From NCBI GenBank assembly GCA_963815195.1, contig CAWFGE010000012.1:672001-736000 (forward strand): DNA of 64,000 nt. The letters run 5' to 3'. This stretch comes from an uncultured Planctomycetaceae bacterium (GTDB lineage: Bacteria; Planctomycetota; Planctomycetia; Planctomycetales; Planctomycetaceae). Made by a program: the position numbers and the translations under genes. Position 1 is the stretch's first letter, and each line of letters begins with the position of its first letter. The notes below the pieces were generated by a model. That model saw nothing but the letters and a program-made list of their open reading frames with translations, had not been told where the DNA came from and searched no databases. Positions 9,701 to 20,711 of this stretch are shown piece by piece.

Positions 9701-12700
9701 GGGAATGTATAACAGCGGCACGACGACGATCGAGGGCGACTCGACGATCACCGGCAACTCCGCCTCGAATGGCGGCGGCGGGATCCACAACTCCGGCACG
9801 CTGACCGTGGACGGCGCCACCATCGGCACCAACACCGCACGCACCGGCGGCGGGATTTACACCACCGGCACGGTGACGGTTCAAGGCGGTTCCCAGATCG
9901 CCGCCAACGCCGCCAATTTCGGCGGCGGGATCTCCAACGTCGGCACGGCGACGAATCCTGCGACGGTGACGATTCAAGACGGTTCGACGATCACCGGCAA
10001 CTCCGCCCAATTCAAGGGCGGCGGGATCGTCAACACCCTCGGCGGCACGTTGACCGTGGACGACTCCACCATCAGCACGAACACCGCCTCCCACGGCGGC
10101 GGGATCAACAACAACCGCGGCGGAACACTGACCCTGGACAACTCCAACATCGGCACCAACACCGCCGATGTTGGCGGCGGCATCTGGAACGGCGGCAGCA
10201 CGGTGACGGTCGGGGGCGGCTCGATGATTATGGGCAACTCCGCTTCAGCGGACGGCGGCGGGATCTATAATGGGCTCTTCAATGCCAATGCCTCCCCAGG
10301 CACAGTCGACGTGACAGGCTCCTCGGTCATCTCCAACAACACCGCCGGTGGTGATTCGGCCACTGATGGCGGCGGCGGGATCTACAATGACGGCGGCACG
10401 GTGACGATCGAGGATTCCTCCACCATCAACAACAACGCCGCGACCGGCACCAGCGGTTCCGGCGGTGGGATCTTTAACAGCACTGGCGGCACGCTGACGG
10501 TTGATGGCTCTACCGTCGGAACCAACGCAGCCCTAACGGGGGGAGGGATCTACAACGACGGCAACTCTGCGATGATTGTAAGTTCGACGATTTCTTCAAA
10601 CTCCGCAGTGGCATTCGGCGGCGGAGTTTTTAACAGTAGCGGCACGCTAAGCGTGGACAACTCCACAATCGGCGGTAATACGGCGATCGATGGTGGAGGG
10701 ATCTACAACGACGGCGGTTCGGCAGCGATCGGGGGCACCTCGATCATCACCGGCAACACGGCCGCAAGCCACGGTGGTGGAATCTATAACCACGGCACCC
10801 TGATTGTGGACAACTCCACGATTGACTCCAACACCGCAAACGGGGGCGGGCTCGGGGGCGGTGGAGTCTACAACTTCTCTGGCACCACCACAATCCAAGG
10901 GGGATCGATGATCACAGGAAACTCCTCCGCACGCAACGGCGGCGGGATCTACAACGACCGCGGCACCTTGACGGTTGACGCCTCCACCATCGGCTCGAAC
11001 ACCGCCGGTACGGGCGGAGGAATCTCCAACTCCGGCACGCTGACCTTGGACGGTGCCACCATCGACGCAAACACCGCCAATGCCGGCGGTGGAATCTACG
11101 ATTTTGACACAGCGACAATTCAAGGGGGATCGACGATCAGCGGCAACGTTTCCAGAGGCGGCGGCGGCGGGATCGGGGTCGGCAATGTCGGTACGGTGAA
11201 TCTCTCTAACAGCACCGTCACTGCCAACTATGCGAGTGGCGATGGTGGAGGAATCTCCAACGGGGGCACCCTCACCGTGACCGCGAGTACGATTGATTCC
11301 AACACCGCCGGCGTCGCCGGTGATGGCGGCGGGATTTGGAATAGCAATGCGCTGACTTTGACTAACACCACGGTGAGCGGCAACACGGTCGGCAGGAACG
11401 GCGGCGGGATCTTCACTGGCTTTCCCACCGGGACCGTGGAGATCAATAACTCCACCATCGCCGACAACCGCGCGGACTCCGGCGGTACGAGTCCCGGCAC
11501 CGGCGGCGGGATCCATCAAGAGGACACCGGCACCGTCACGTTGACCAGCACGATTGTCGCCGACAACTTCGTAGGCACCGGCACCGGCAGGGACGATGTC
11601 AGCGGGACCGTGGACGGCACGTTTAATCTCATCGGCGTGGACACCGGAATGTCCGGGCTGACTAACGGCGTGGATGGGAATATCGTCGGTACGGCCGACG
11701 CTCCGGTTGATCCGCGATTGCAACCGCTCGCCGACAACGGCGGTCCCACCATGACGCAGGCCATCCTGCCCGATAGCCCCGCGCTCAACGCCGGTTTCAA
11801 TCCGCTCAGCTTGACGACCGATCAGCGCGGCGGGGCGTACGTCCGCAGCTTCGGCAGCCAGACCGACATTGGGGCCTATGAACTTCAGGCCGCGGGCGGC
11901 GGCGGAAACGACATCGCCGCCTACGCTCCCGGACCGGGAAGGCCCGGCATCGTCGAGGTCGTCAATGCGATCACCCAAGACGAACTGTTTAACTTTGAGC
12001 CGTACCCCGGTTTCAACGGCGGCGTGCGGGTGGCGGTGGGCGATGTCACGGGCGACGGCGTTGCGGATGTCATCACCGGAGCCGGTCCCGGAGGCGGGTC
12101 GCGGATCATCGTGACCGATGGAGACACGCAGGAAGAAAAGTTCGACTTCTATGCGTTTCCCGGATTCTTCGGCGGCGTGTTCGTGGCTGCGGCGGATGTC
12201 ACCGGCGACAACCACGCGGACATCATCGTGAGTGCGGATGCGGGCGGCGGCCCCCATGTCAAAGTCTTCAGCGGGGACGACCTGACCGAACTGTTCAGCT
12301 TCTACGCCTATGATGCGAACTTCCACGGCGGCGTCCGCGTGGCGGCGGGCGACATCACCGGCGACGGCACGCCCGACATCATCGCCGGAGCCGGTCCCGG
12401 CGGCGGGCCGAACGTCCGCGTGTTCGACGGCAGTCTGCCGCTCATCGGGGATTCGGGGGTCGCGGACATTTCCGTGTCGATGGACAATCCGCTGGGCAAT
12501 TTCTACGCCTACGCTGCGGACTTTACCGGCGGCGTGTTCGTGGCGGCGGGCGATGTGGACGGCGATGGGCGGATCGATCTCGTCACCGGACCCGGCGCCG
12601 GCGGCGGACCGAACGTCAAGGTCTTTAGCGGAGCCGCCGCAGCGCTGCTCCCGCAGCCGATCGGCAGCTTTTATGCCTATGACTCGAACTTCACCGGCGG

Positions 12701-12986
12701 CGTTCGCGTGGCCGTCGCCGACATCACGGGCGACGGCAAAGCCGACGTGATCACCGCAGCGGGCGAAGGCGGCGGCCCCGACATTCGAGCCTTCAACGCG
12801 GCGAGCCCAGGCGAGTTGCCCGAACCGATCCGAGATGTTTATTCTCCCGGCGATGCCAACTTCACCGGCGGCGTGTTTGTCGCCGCCGGCACCCGCCTGG
12901 AAAGTTTGCCGCCGCTGTCGTCGGGCGAATCGGACGCTTTGGACAATCTCTTCGCCAACCCGGCCTTGGGAGACTTGCTCGGATAA
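6761..12986 (+). CDS. Giant secreted adhesin-like protein (LEPR-XLL leader, GGGI beta-helix repeats, choice-of-anchor-Q-like domain, FG-GAP repeats); frameshift near 7085
   Basis: ORF 6761 supplies VELLEDRLLLS and FSTIQDAADAA; ORF 7080 continues GSDTIDVAAGTYAENV. Dozens of NxAxxGGGI repeats follow, then DPRLQPLADNGGPT...TDQRG...DIGAYE and five GGVxVAxxDxxGDxxxD repeats. Confidence 0.85.
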
Positions 12987-13142
12987 ACTCGCCGGCTGCT
13001 AAAAATGACCGGCCGGAAGAATAGAAAATCCCCCGCTTCAAAACGCGGCCTCATTCCGATGGGACCCGAGCGGCTGCTTGGCTACGATCGACGAGATGGG
13101 CCTTTTCCCCAGGATGCGAGTCGAGACGACAGGAGCAGCGGC

Positions 13143-14153
13143 ATGAAGTTTTTCAGCGCGATCAAACAGGCCGGCGTGGATTTCTCGGATGACGAATGCA
13201 TGACCAGCGGCGCGGCGCTCGCCTATTATACGATCTTTTCGCTTCCCCCCTTGTTGGTGATCGTGTTTGCCGTCGCCGGTTGGACCGGAGTCGAATCCTC
13301 GAAAATCGATTCGATGGTCAAGCGGCAGCTTGGCATTCCCATCACCGAAGTGCCGACGGCCGGTGCCGGAAGCCAAGTCGCATCATCCGGCAAAACGAGC
13401 CGATCTCAAGGAAATGCCGGGCCGGTGTCGAACATTGCCGGCTTGGGCTGGGCTTCGCAGGTCATCGGGATCGCTATTCTGGTTTTCTCCGCCACGGGCC
13501 TGTTCGCCCAATTTCAGTTTGCCCTGAACCGGGCGTGGGAAGTCGAACCCGACCCCGAGCAGGGCGGCGTCATGAGTTTCGCCGTCAAGCGGCTGTTGTC
13601 GCTGGGGATGGTCGCGATCATTGCCTTTCTGCTACTTGTCTCGTTTGTGCTGACCACGCTGGTCAACGAAGCGGTGGAGTGGCTTCAAGGTCCAAGTCCC
13701 GGCACGTTCGCCACGGCGATCGCCATTGTCCTCAACGATTTCGTCACGCTGGTGATCGCGACATTGCTGTTCGCCGCGATGTTCAAAGTCCTCCCGGATG
13801 CCAAGACAAGCTGGCGGGATCTGTTTCTCGGGTCGGCCGTCACGGCGCTCCTGTTCGTCATCGGCAAATCGCTGATCGGATGGTATTTGCAGAATTCCAA
13901 CGTGGGCTCCCGGTGGGGAAGTGCCGCCTCGTCGATGGTGGCGGTCCTGGTCTGGGTTTATTACTCCTCGCTGATCGTGTTGTTCGGGGCGGAGCTGACC
14001 CAGGTCTGGGCCAGCCGATATGGACGAGGCATTCAACCCGCCGAAGGGGCCGTCCGCATTATCGAAGAAAAACGGCACATCCGCGAGGAGACGCCCCGCA
14101 GCCGCAAGCCTAGGGAAAGAATTGAGAGCCGGACCTTTGGTCCTTTTCCATAA
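13143..14153 (+). CDS. YihY/BrkB family membrane protein
   Basis: AALAYYTIFSLPPLLVI, ALNRAW, FKVLPD and WVYYSSLIVLFGAE. ATG at 13143 follows AGGAG. Confidence 0.9.
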   Translation: MKFFSAIKQAGVDFSDDECMTSGAALAYYTIFSLPPLLVIVFAVAGWTGVESSKIDSMVKRQLGIPITEVPTAGAGSQVASSGKTSRSQGNAGPVSNIAGLGWASQVIGIAILVFSATGLFAQFQFALNRAWEVEPDPEQGGVMSFAVKRLLSLGMVAIIAFLLLVSFVLTTLVNEAVEWLQGPSPGTFATAIAIVLNDFVTLVIATLLFAAMFKVLPDAKTSWRDLFLGSAVTALLFVIGKSLIGWYLQNSNVGSRWGSAASSMVAVLVWVYYSSLIVLFGAELTQVWASRYGRGIQPAEGAVRIIEEKRHIREETPRSRKPRERIESRTFGPFP

Positions 14154-14196
14154 TTTGGAACGACTGAGATTCGGGTTTCGGTTTTTCGGCGAGGCA

Positions 14197-15508
14197 TCAC
14201 GCAAAATCGCGCATGCTGATTGAGTGAGGGGTTCGCCGGACACAACTAATCTCTTTCTGGATGCGTTCCAGAGCTTTCTGAGCGGCCTGGCGGACGTGGG
14301 GTTCAGGGTGTTTGAGTAATGCCTCGAGCGGTTTGCGGGCGGGCGCGGCTTCGGGGCCAAGTTCCGTCGTCAAGCGTGCGAAACGCCTGCATCCGCAATT
14401 GCCTGTCGGAGGATTTCAGCGTCTCCACAAACACCGCGAGCGCGCGGTCCGCGGTTCCGGTGATTTGCCAGATCGCTCGCGCGGCGGTGTAGCGGACATG
14501 CGGGTCGGGATCGCCCAAGCGTTCTTCTAAGGGTGCGACCGCCGGCTTCGCTTGGGCTTTCATCTGGCCGAGGCTGCCCGCGGCCCGCCGGCGAAGTTCC
14601 GCTTCCTGGTCGTCCAGAAGATGTACGAGCGCGGGCACGGCGGGTGTTCCGATTTCCGCGAGGGCTGTTTCCGCCGCATCGCGGACGGCGTGGGATTCGT
14701 CAAACGCGAGCGATTCCATCAGCGAAGGAATCGCCAACTGGGCCGCAGGACCGATCCGCCCGAGCGCCATCGCCGTTTTCCGCCGCATCGGTTCGCGGGG
14801 ATCGCCCAAGGATCGGAGCAGCACCGGCACCGCGATCGCGGCGTCTTTCCCCACGAGGGCGATCGATTCCACCGCGAGTTCGCGAAGCGTGTCGGCGTCT
14901 TCTTTGGCGGCGGCGGTTTGCTCGGCGGGTTTGAGATTCAACGTCTCCACCAAAGCCGGGATCGCCCGCGGATGGGCTCCGCCGATTTGGGCCAAGGCCT
15001 CGATCGCTCCCTGCCGTTCGGCCACGGGGAGTCCGGTGTCTTTAAGGATGGCCACAAGCGGGGGCGCGGCCGCGCGGGCTTCGGGGCCGAACAGCGAAAT
15101 CGCCTTGGTCGCCCAGATCCGCGGTGCGTGCTCTAGGGTGGGATCTTCATCCAAAAGCTCGATGAGCACCGGCACCGCCTCCCGCGCGTTTTTGCCGAAC
15201 CGTCCCAGCGTGTTTGCCATCTGCCTCCGCGTGTACCACGGCACATCGCGGTCTTTGAGAATGGCAATCAATGCCGGCACCGCCGACTTGCTGGCCGGGT
15301 TGTCGGGCGAGAGATTTTTGACCGCTTCCCGCCACTCGTCCAGAGTCTTTCCGCCGTAGCTTTTGGGCGCGGCGGCCTTGATTTCGGGAGTCTTCGAGGC
15401 CGCGGGATCCTCCGCCCGCAGCGACTGCGAGGAAAGACACAACAAGGCCCCAACGAAAATCACAAAAGGCTTGATCACCGGAAATCTTTGGAAGAACGAT
15501 CCTGGCAT
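14197..15508 (-). CDS. Exported HEAT-repeat protein; frameshift near 14372
   Basis: Signal peptide and repeated AVPALxxxL.D...VRxxAAxALG units. An alternate frame after 14372 reads TELGPEAAPARKPLEALLKHPEPHVRQAAQKAL and stops at 14197. Confidence 0.8.
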
Positions 15509-15601
15509 AGAAAAACCCGGCCCCTCAGAGAGAAAGCCGGGTCGTGACTTCCTTTCAATCTTATCCGCCGACGCCCGCACTCGGCAAGACCTTCACCCGT
15601 G

Positions 15602-16915
15602 TTACGCCGAATCCGCCGGCCGGAGCAGCTCGAACCACTCCGGCTGCATGCCTTCGTGAACGAGATCGAGGGTGCTGACAATTTCGAATTGGCATTGCTC
15701 GGAGATTTCTTTCGTAAACGCGGAGCTTTGAAAGCAGCGGGCGATGATCTTGGCATGGGGATACTTCTGCGACAACCACAGGGCCGTGCGGATGTTGACG
15801 CCATCGTCCCCGCTACTGAGGATGAACACCGGCTCGTTGACGGCGTGGATCACGGTGGGTTCGATTTGCTGCCAGGTCCGCGGGTGGCGAAGGTCGGCTT
15901 CGAGCACCTCGTGCTCGTATTGTTTCCCGAAGCCCACCTGCTGATCGAACACCATCGACATGAGGTCCGCCTCGCGGTCGATGATCGCGACTTTGGACAA
16001 ACTGTCGGCGGCGTGCCGTTGGAGTTCGTCCAAAAGGCTCTGGCCGAACCGCCCGAAGCCCGCCAGCACGACAACGTCGGCGTATTCGGATTTCTGAAAA
16101 TGCGGCAACAGGGATTCGGTGACCAAGTACCGCGCGGCCCGGTGGTTCGAGTTGAATTTGACCGCGCCGGCCGGCAGTCCCGCTCCCGGTTCGACCAGCC
16201 GGAACAGCCGGATGTCGGAAATGTGCACCAGCGTCGCCGAGGCCAGGCGCGGCGCGATGTGGGCCGCGCGGGAGGCGGCGGAGAGGTTCACATAGTCGTC
16301 TCCGGTCAGCAGCACCAGCCGGGCGGCCCGGTTCAGATTTAGGGTGTGCATCACGGCTTCGCTGTCGATGTCGCCGGTGATGACGTGGGCATGAAACCGC
16401 CGGCGGGCGATTTGGGCGCTGGCCTTATGGGCCTCTTTTTCCACAATCACCACGCGCAGGTTGGGATGCATTTTGTGCAGCCGGTCCAGATACAAAATCG
16501 CCAGCCGCCCGCAGCCGCCGACGACGACGTGATCGTGCAGATGCCGGAGTTGAAACCGGTCCCAGCCCACCGCCCGGAGGATGCCTTCCGCGATCGCGGA
16601 GGTGGTCACGGCGGGGGCGGCAAAATACACGAGCCACAGCATGGCCCGCGTCCAAAGCGGCCCGCCCACGGGCATGCCCAAATCCAATCCGCCGAACAGG
16701 AACAGGCCGAGCGTGTAGTAGATCTTCGTCATAAAGTCGGCGTCGGGAACCCCCCGGCGGTCGGTGACATCCACGCCGTTGCAAAACGCGATCAGCCCGC
16801 AGGCAAACACCGCCACAAGAACCAGCCCCCGCCAGCGAAACCACCGCCACCCGCCGCGCACAATCTCCGCCGGCGTCGGCTCGGAGAGTCCCATGTTGAT
16901 GTTGAGCTCGTTCAT
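15602..16915 (-). CDS. Two-TM channel-like protein with tandem RCK/TrkA-N domains
   Basis: Two hydrophobic helices flank YYTLGLFLFGGLDLG. Nucleotide-binding motifs HVVVGGCGRLA and VVVLAGFGRFG. Start codon uncertain (16924, 16915 or 16894). Confidence 0.75.
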   Translation of the reverse strand: MNELNINMGLSEPTPAEIVRGGWRWFRWRGLVLVAVFACGLIAFCNGVDVTDRRGVPDADFMTKIYYTLGLFLFGGLDLGMPVGGPLWTRAMLWLVYFAAPAVTTSAIAEGILRAVGWDRFQLRHLHDHVVVGGCGRLAILYLDRLHKMHPNLRVVIVEKEAHKASAQIARRRFHAHVITGDIDSEAVMHTLNLNRAARLVLLTGDDYVNLSAASRAAHIAPRLASATLVHISDIRLFRLVEPGAGLPAGAVKFNSNHRAARYLVTESLLPHFQKSEYADVVVLAGFGRFGQSLLDELQRHAADSLSKVAIIDREADLMSMVFDQQVGFGKQYEHEVLEADLRHPRTWQQIEPTVIHAVNEPVFILSSGDDGVNIRTALWLSQKYPHAKIIARCFQSSAFTKEISEQCQFEIVSTLDLVHEGMQPEWFELLRPADSA

Positions 16916-16989
16916 AACGGCCACCGGGTCCGCAAACGGAGCGGTATTTTTGTCCGTCAGGAGAAGAATGTCAGGCGGAACCTCCGTGT

Positions 16990-18108
16990 TTACTTCGGGC
17001 CTTGTTTCGCGAGTTTTCTCAGCACTTCCGCGCCGCGTTTGAGGGTGTCGTCCGTCGCGGCGTAGGACAGGCGGAAGTGGGTGTCTTTGGCGCTGAACAC
17101 GTTTCCCGGGATGATCAGCAGGTTGTGTTTGATGGCTTCGGTGACGAACTGGGTGCCCGTGCCCCAGGGGGTTTTCAAAAACAGATAAAACGCCCCGCCT
17201 GCGCCGTGGATTTCAAAATCCTCGGCGAGTTCCGCGCGGATCAGATCGCGTTTGGCCTTGTACTCGGCCACGCGGTCGGAGATGTCGTAATCCCACGCCG
17301 CCAGGCCGGCCCATTGCACGGGATGCGGGGCGCAGACGAACGTGAACTGCTGGAGTTTGATCATCTGCTGAATGATCGCCTGCGGGCCGTGCACGTAGCC
17401 CAGCCTGAGGCCGGTCATCGAATGCGATTTGCTGAAGCCGTCGATGACGAGAGTCTGGTCGTTAAAGCGGGCGGGGCTGATGAAGTCGCTGTCGTAGCAG
17501 AAGGCTTTGTAGATCTCATCGCTGATCAGCGCGACGTCTTTTTCGCGGGCAAGTTCCGCGAGAGCTTTGAGCTCGTCCTCGCTCGCGACGTGGCCCGTGG
17601 GATTCGAGGGGCTGTTACAGAGGATGACTTTCGTCCGGTCGGTGATCGTGGCGGCGACTTTGTCCACGGGAACCCGAAAATCGGGATAGGTGTCGATCAA
17701 AACAACCTTCCCGCCCGCGAGCGTGGTGAGGTGCTTATACATCACGAACCAGGGATCGAAGCAGATGACCTCGTCGCCGGGATTGACGAGCGTGGACAGC
17801 GCGAGCATCAGCCCACCGCTGGTGCCGCTGGTGACGAAAGCTGTGCGGTCGGCGTGGCCGAAGGTCTCATCGACGTGCGATTGGATTTTTTCGATCAAGG
17901 GAGCGATGCCCTGCGATTGGCTGTAGGCGTTTTTGCCTGCGTTGACCGCTTTGCAGAGGGCGTCCTTGATCGGTTGCGGCGTGTCGAAATGCGGCTGGCC
18001 GATGCTGAGGTTGATCGGGTTCTCCATCGTCGCGGCCAGGTCGAACACCTTGCGAATGCCCGAAGCATCGATCCGGTGCATGCGGTCGGCGATCCAATCT
18101 TCGATCAT
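16990..18108 (-). CDS. PLP-dependent class I/II aminotransferase (aspartate aminotransferase-like)
   Basis: INLSIGQPHF, NSPSNPTG, ISDEIY and FSKSHSMTGLRLGY (PLP lysine). Confidence 0.93.
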   Translation of the reverse strand: MIEDWIADRMHRIDASGIRKVFDLAATMENPINLSIGQPHFDTPQPIKDALCKAVNAGKNAYSQSQGIAPLIEKIQSHVDETFGHADRTAFVTSGTSGGLMLALSTLVNPGDEVICFDPWFVMYKHLTTLAGGKVVLIDTYPDFRVPVDKVAATITDRTKVILCNSPSNPTGHVASEDELKALAELAREKDVALISDEIYKAFCYDSDFISPARFNDQTLVIDGFSKSHSMTGLRLGYVHGPQAIIQQMIKLQQFTFVCAPHPVQWAGLAAWDYDISDRVAEYKAKRDLIRAELAEDFEIHGAGGAFYLFLKTPWGTGTQFVTEAIKHNLLIIPGNVFSAKDTHFRLSYAATDDTLKRGAEVLRKLAKQGPK

Positions 18109-18243
18109 GAGTTTTCACCCGTTGGAGTTCACGCGTTCTTCAATTCACGAAACAAACCATGGTGTCGCGAGTCCGGTCCGACTGTCAATGCCGACATCCG
18201 GCCACTTGTGCCACTGGCTCTGCCGGTGCTTTTTATCGATTTT

Positions 18244-18352
18244 GGATCGTTAAGGAAATAATACAGAATTCCGAACGACTCAACATAACCAGGGGGCTTA
18301 CGCCTCCGCTCGCCTGTTTGCCCCCATGTTGACGTTATTTTCTTGATGTTCC
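18244..18352. mobile_element. MITE-like element (family A, copy 2, inverted)
   Basis: GGATCGTTAAGGAAATAA matches the reverse complement of TTATTTTCTTGATGTTCC at 14/18. The core is near-identical to 2324-2361. Confidence 0.55.
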
Positions 18353-18414
18353 TAGGCTCGAATGCCTGGCACACACTTTTCCCTGAATTTACATCAACGA
18401 ACAAGGGAGCAAAA

Positions 18415-19812
18415 TCACATTGGGGCGATCCGCCTTGTGCCCACGTCCACGGTGAGCAGCATGCTCGCATCGAAGCTGGCTTGGAGCAGGTTGCACTTGA
18501 GGGCTTGATGGGCGGGGTCGTCCCAGAGGTTGTCGAATTCCCACGGATCGTGCTCCAGATCGAACAACTCGCCCAGGTTGTGGCCGTGATAGACGACCAG
18601 CTTGTACCGCCGATTGCGGTACATGGTGGCGTAGGAGGAATCGCCGTTGACGAACGAGGTGTCGAGGGCATCGTAATACTCGCTCCGCGCGAACGCCCGG
18701 TGATAGTCCGCCGGCGATTCGCCCCGCAGGAGGGGCAGGAGGCTTTTGCCCTGAAAATACTCCGGGACCGGCACGCCGCCCAGGTCCAAGAGCGTCGCAC
18801 TCAGGTCCAAGAGTTCCACCAGGGCCTCGCTTACGAGGCCTTCGGCGATTTGGCCCGGCCAGGAGAAGATCAAAGGCACCCGCACCAGGCCTTCGTAAAA
18901 CCGGCAGCCTTTATAAAGCAGCCCATGATCGCCGAGCATCTCCCCGTGATCGCTGGTAAACACGATCACCGTGTTCTCGCGCTGCCCGGTCTGCTCCAAG
19001 TATTCCCACAGCCTGGCAAACTGGTCGTCGATCTGGGCGATCATCGCGTAGTACAAACTCTGCTGGAGCCGGCCGTCGAACTCGTCGGGATGCCGGGCCG
19101 GCGTTTGGAAGTCGATGTGCTTTAAGCGGCGTTGATGCTCCAAGTCGCTGTCTTTGAAGTAAGGCCCCGGCATCATCTGCGGATCGAACCGCTCGGCATA
19201 GGCTTTGGGCGGGATGAACGGCGGATGCGGATCGTACGGGTTCAATGTCAAAAACCACGGGCGGTCGCGGTGCTCGTCCAAAAACTCCAGCGCGCACTCG
19301 GTCGTCCAGGTCGTTTGATGGAGTTCCGGCGGCACGTGCTCTTCGCTTTGCCGGAGGGCGTCCAGATCGCCGCCCCGCGCACGGACCCAGTCGGCATAAT
19401 CGTGGCCGTGCTCCCAATCATCCCGCGGCGCATGGCTGAACCGCCAGAAGCGGTAGCCGTCATCGAGCCGAGGCTCCGTGCGATGCCCCGAGCTTTGCAG
19501 ATGAAACTTGCCCGCCATCCCGCAGTCATAACCGGCTTCGTTCAGTTGCTTCGAGATCAACGGCGGATGGTGGGGGAACGATTCGTTGCCGTTGCGGCAG
19601 TTGTGGACCCGGCTGGGATACAGGCCGGTCATAAAGCTCGCCCGGCTCGGCGTGCAGATGGGGCTTTGGCAATAGGCGTGCGTGAACGCCGTGCCCTCCG
19701 TGACGAGCCGATCGAGCGCCGGCGTCTGCACAAAGGGATTCCCCAGGGCCGCGATCGTGTCAAACCGCTGCTGATCGGTGCAATACCAGAGGATATTCGG
19801 ACGCTCGGCCAT
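18415..19812 (-). CDS. Sulfatase (Cys-type, choline-sulfatase-like)
   Basis: RPNILWYCTDQQR, CTPSRASFMTG, GKFH and FTSDHGEMLGDHG. Confidence 0.93.
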   Translation of the reverse strand: MAERPNILWYCTDQQRFDTIAALGNPFVQTPALDRLVTEGTAFTHAYCQSPICTPSRASFMTGLYPSRVHNCRNGNESFPHHPPLISKQLNEAGYDCGMAGKFHLQSSGHRTEPRLDDGYRFWRFSHAPRDDWEHGHDYADWVRARGGDLDALRQSEEHVPPELHQTTWTTECALEFLDEHRDRPWFLTLNPYDPHPPFIPPKAYAERFDPQMMPGPYFKDSDLEHQRRLKHIDFQTPARHPDEFDGRLQQSLYYAMIAQIDDQFARLWEYLEQTGQRENTVIVFTSDHGEMLGDHGLLYKGCRFYEGLVRVPLIFSWPGQIAEGLVSEALVELLDLSATLLDLGGVPVPEYFQGKSLLPLLRGESPADYHRAFARSEYYDALDTSFVNGDSSYATMYRNRRYKLVVYHGHNLGELFDLEHDPWEFDNLWDDPAHQALKCNLLQASFDASMLLTVDVGTRRIAPM

Positions 19813-19902
19813 GAGTCTTACAGAATCTCAAAACCCAGGAAGCAAATCCTCACCATAGTGGATTTCCGAGATTCAAAACAGTGACCAGGATCACCAAGCC
19901 GG

Positions 19903-20001
19903 AATTGTGTGTGTTTTACAAAAGTAGGTAGGAACTTGGGCGTGCTATCCAATCCACTTGAAAATAGGGTAAAAGATAATCCCCCGACTTTTGTGAGATA
20001 C
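19903..20001. repeat. 38-bp sequence shared with 42939-42978, inside an imperfect inverted repeat
   Basis: AATTGTGTGTGTTTTACAAAAGTAGGTAGGAACTTGGG at 19903-19940. GTGTTTTACAAAAGTAGG pairs imperfectly with CCGACTTTTGTGAGATAC (19984-20001). Confidence 0.6.
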
Positions 20002-20051
20002 CGTCGGAATCCTCGCTGGGGAATTCGTTTCGGTTGGGAATCTCCCCGCGG

Positions 20052-20603
20052 TCACCAGGGCATTTCCATTTTGTTGACGATGTCGCGGGCGACGCGATCG
20101 ACGACCTGCTGATTGGCCGAGGCCAGGGATTGGCCGACTTCCGGGGCGAACGAGGCGTTGGACGTGAGGGCGAGCGCCTCCGGCGGCAAAGCGATTTCCT
20201 GCTGTCTGAGAATTTCGCCCGTGCGGAGATCCTCCCAGGTGACCATCACCACCAGCGAGAGTTGGAGTTGGCGGGGATCGTCTTGCGCCGACTCGCTCAC
20301 CTTGAACTTGCGGTAGGACACAATCTGCCCGGACAGCCGGGTTTGGGCGTAAGGCTCTTTAGCGACTTGCAGGCCGCGGAGCTTGAGTTCCTTCTGCACG
20401 GCTTCCGTAAGCTGGAATTCAATCCCGCGTCGAAAGAGTTGGGATTTAAAAATCGGCACCGCCACCGTGCGGACGCCGGGCGAAAACGCCGGCCCGACGG
20501 TGTACCCGCAGCCCCCGCCTACCAGTCCCGCAAGGAGACAAACCAGGCTAAGTGCAAAACGAGCCAGGCGGGATTTTTCTCTGGGCATCAGACAGTCCAA
20601 CAT
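20052..20603 (-). CDS. lptE: LptE-like LPS assembly lipoprotein
   Basis: Lipobox-like GGGC-GY, then VRTVAVPIFKS, IEFQLTEAVQKEL and a C-terminal ARDIVNKME helix. Lies downstream of the bamD-like gene. Confidence 0.75.
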   Translation of the reverse strand: MLDCLMPREKSRLARFALSLVCLLAGLVGGGCGYTVGPAFSPGVRTVAVPIFKSQLFRRGIEFQLTEAVQKELKLRGLQVAKEPYAQTRLSGQIVSYRKFKVSESAQDDPRQLQLSLVVMVTWEDLRTGEILRQQEIALPPEALALTSNASFAPEVGQSLASANQQVVDRVARDIVNKMEMPW

Positions 20604-20711
20604 CACGTTTTTGGCGAGCGGCCGGCGTCAGCCGGCTGATCATTTACGAATTCGCAATTTGCTGAGCTTCTTCGTTTTTTTGCATTCGCGCCACTGAAAA
20701 ACTCCACATCA

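Noticed and set aside
11900..12986. Autotransporter beta-barrel at the adhesin C-terminus
   Set aside because: The C-terminus consists of FG-GAP repeats and lacks amphipathic barrel strands and a terminal aromatic residue.
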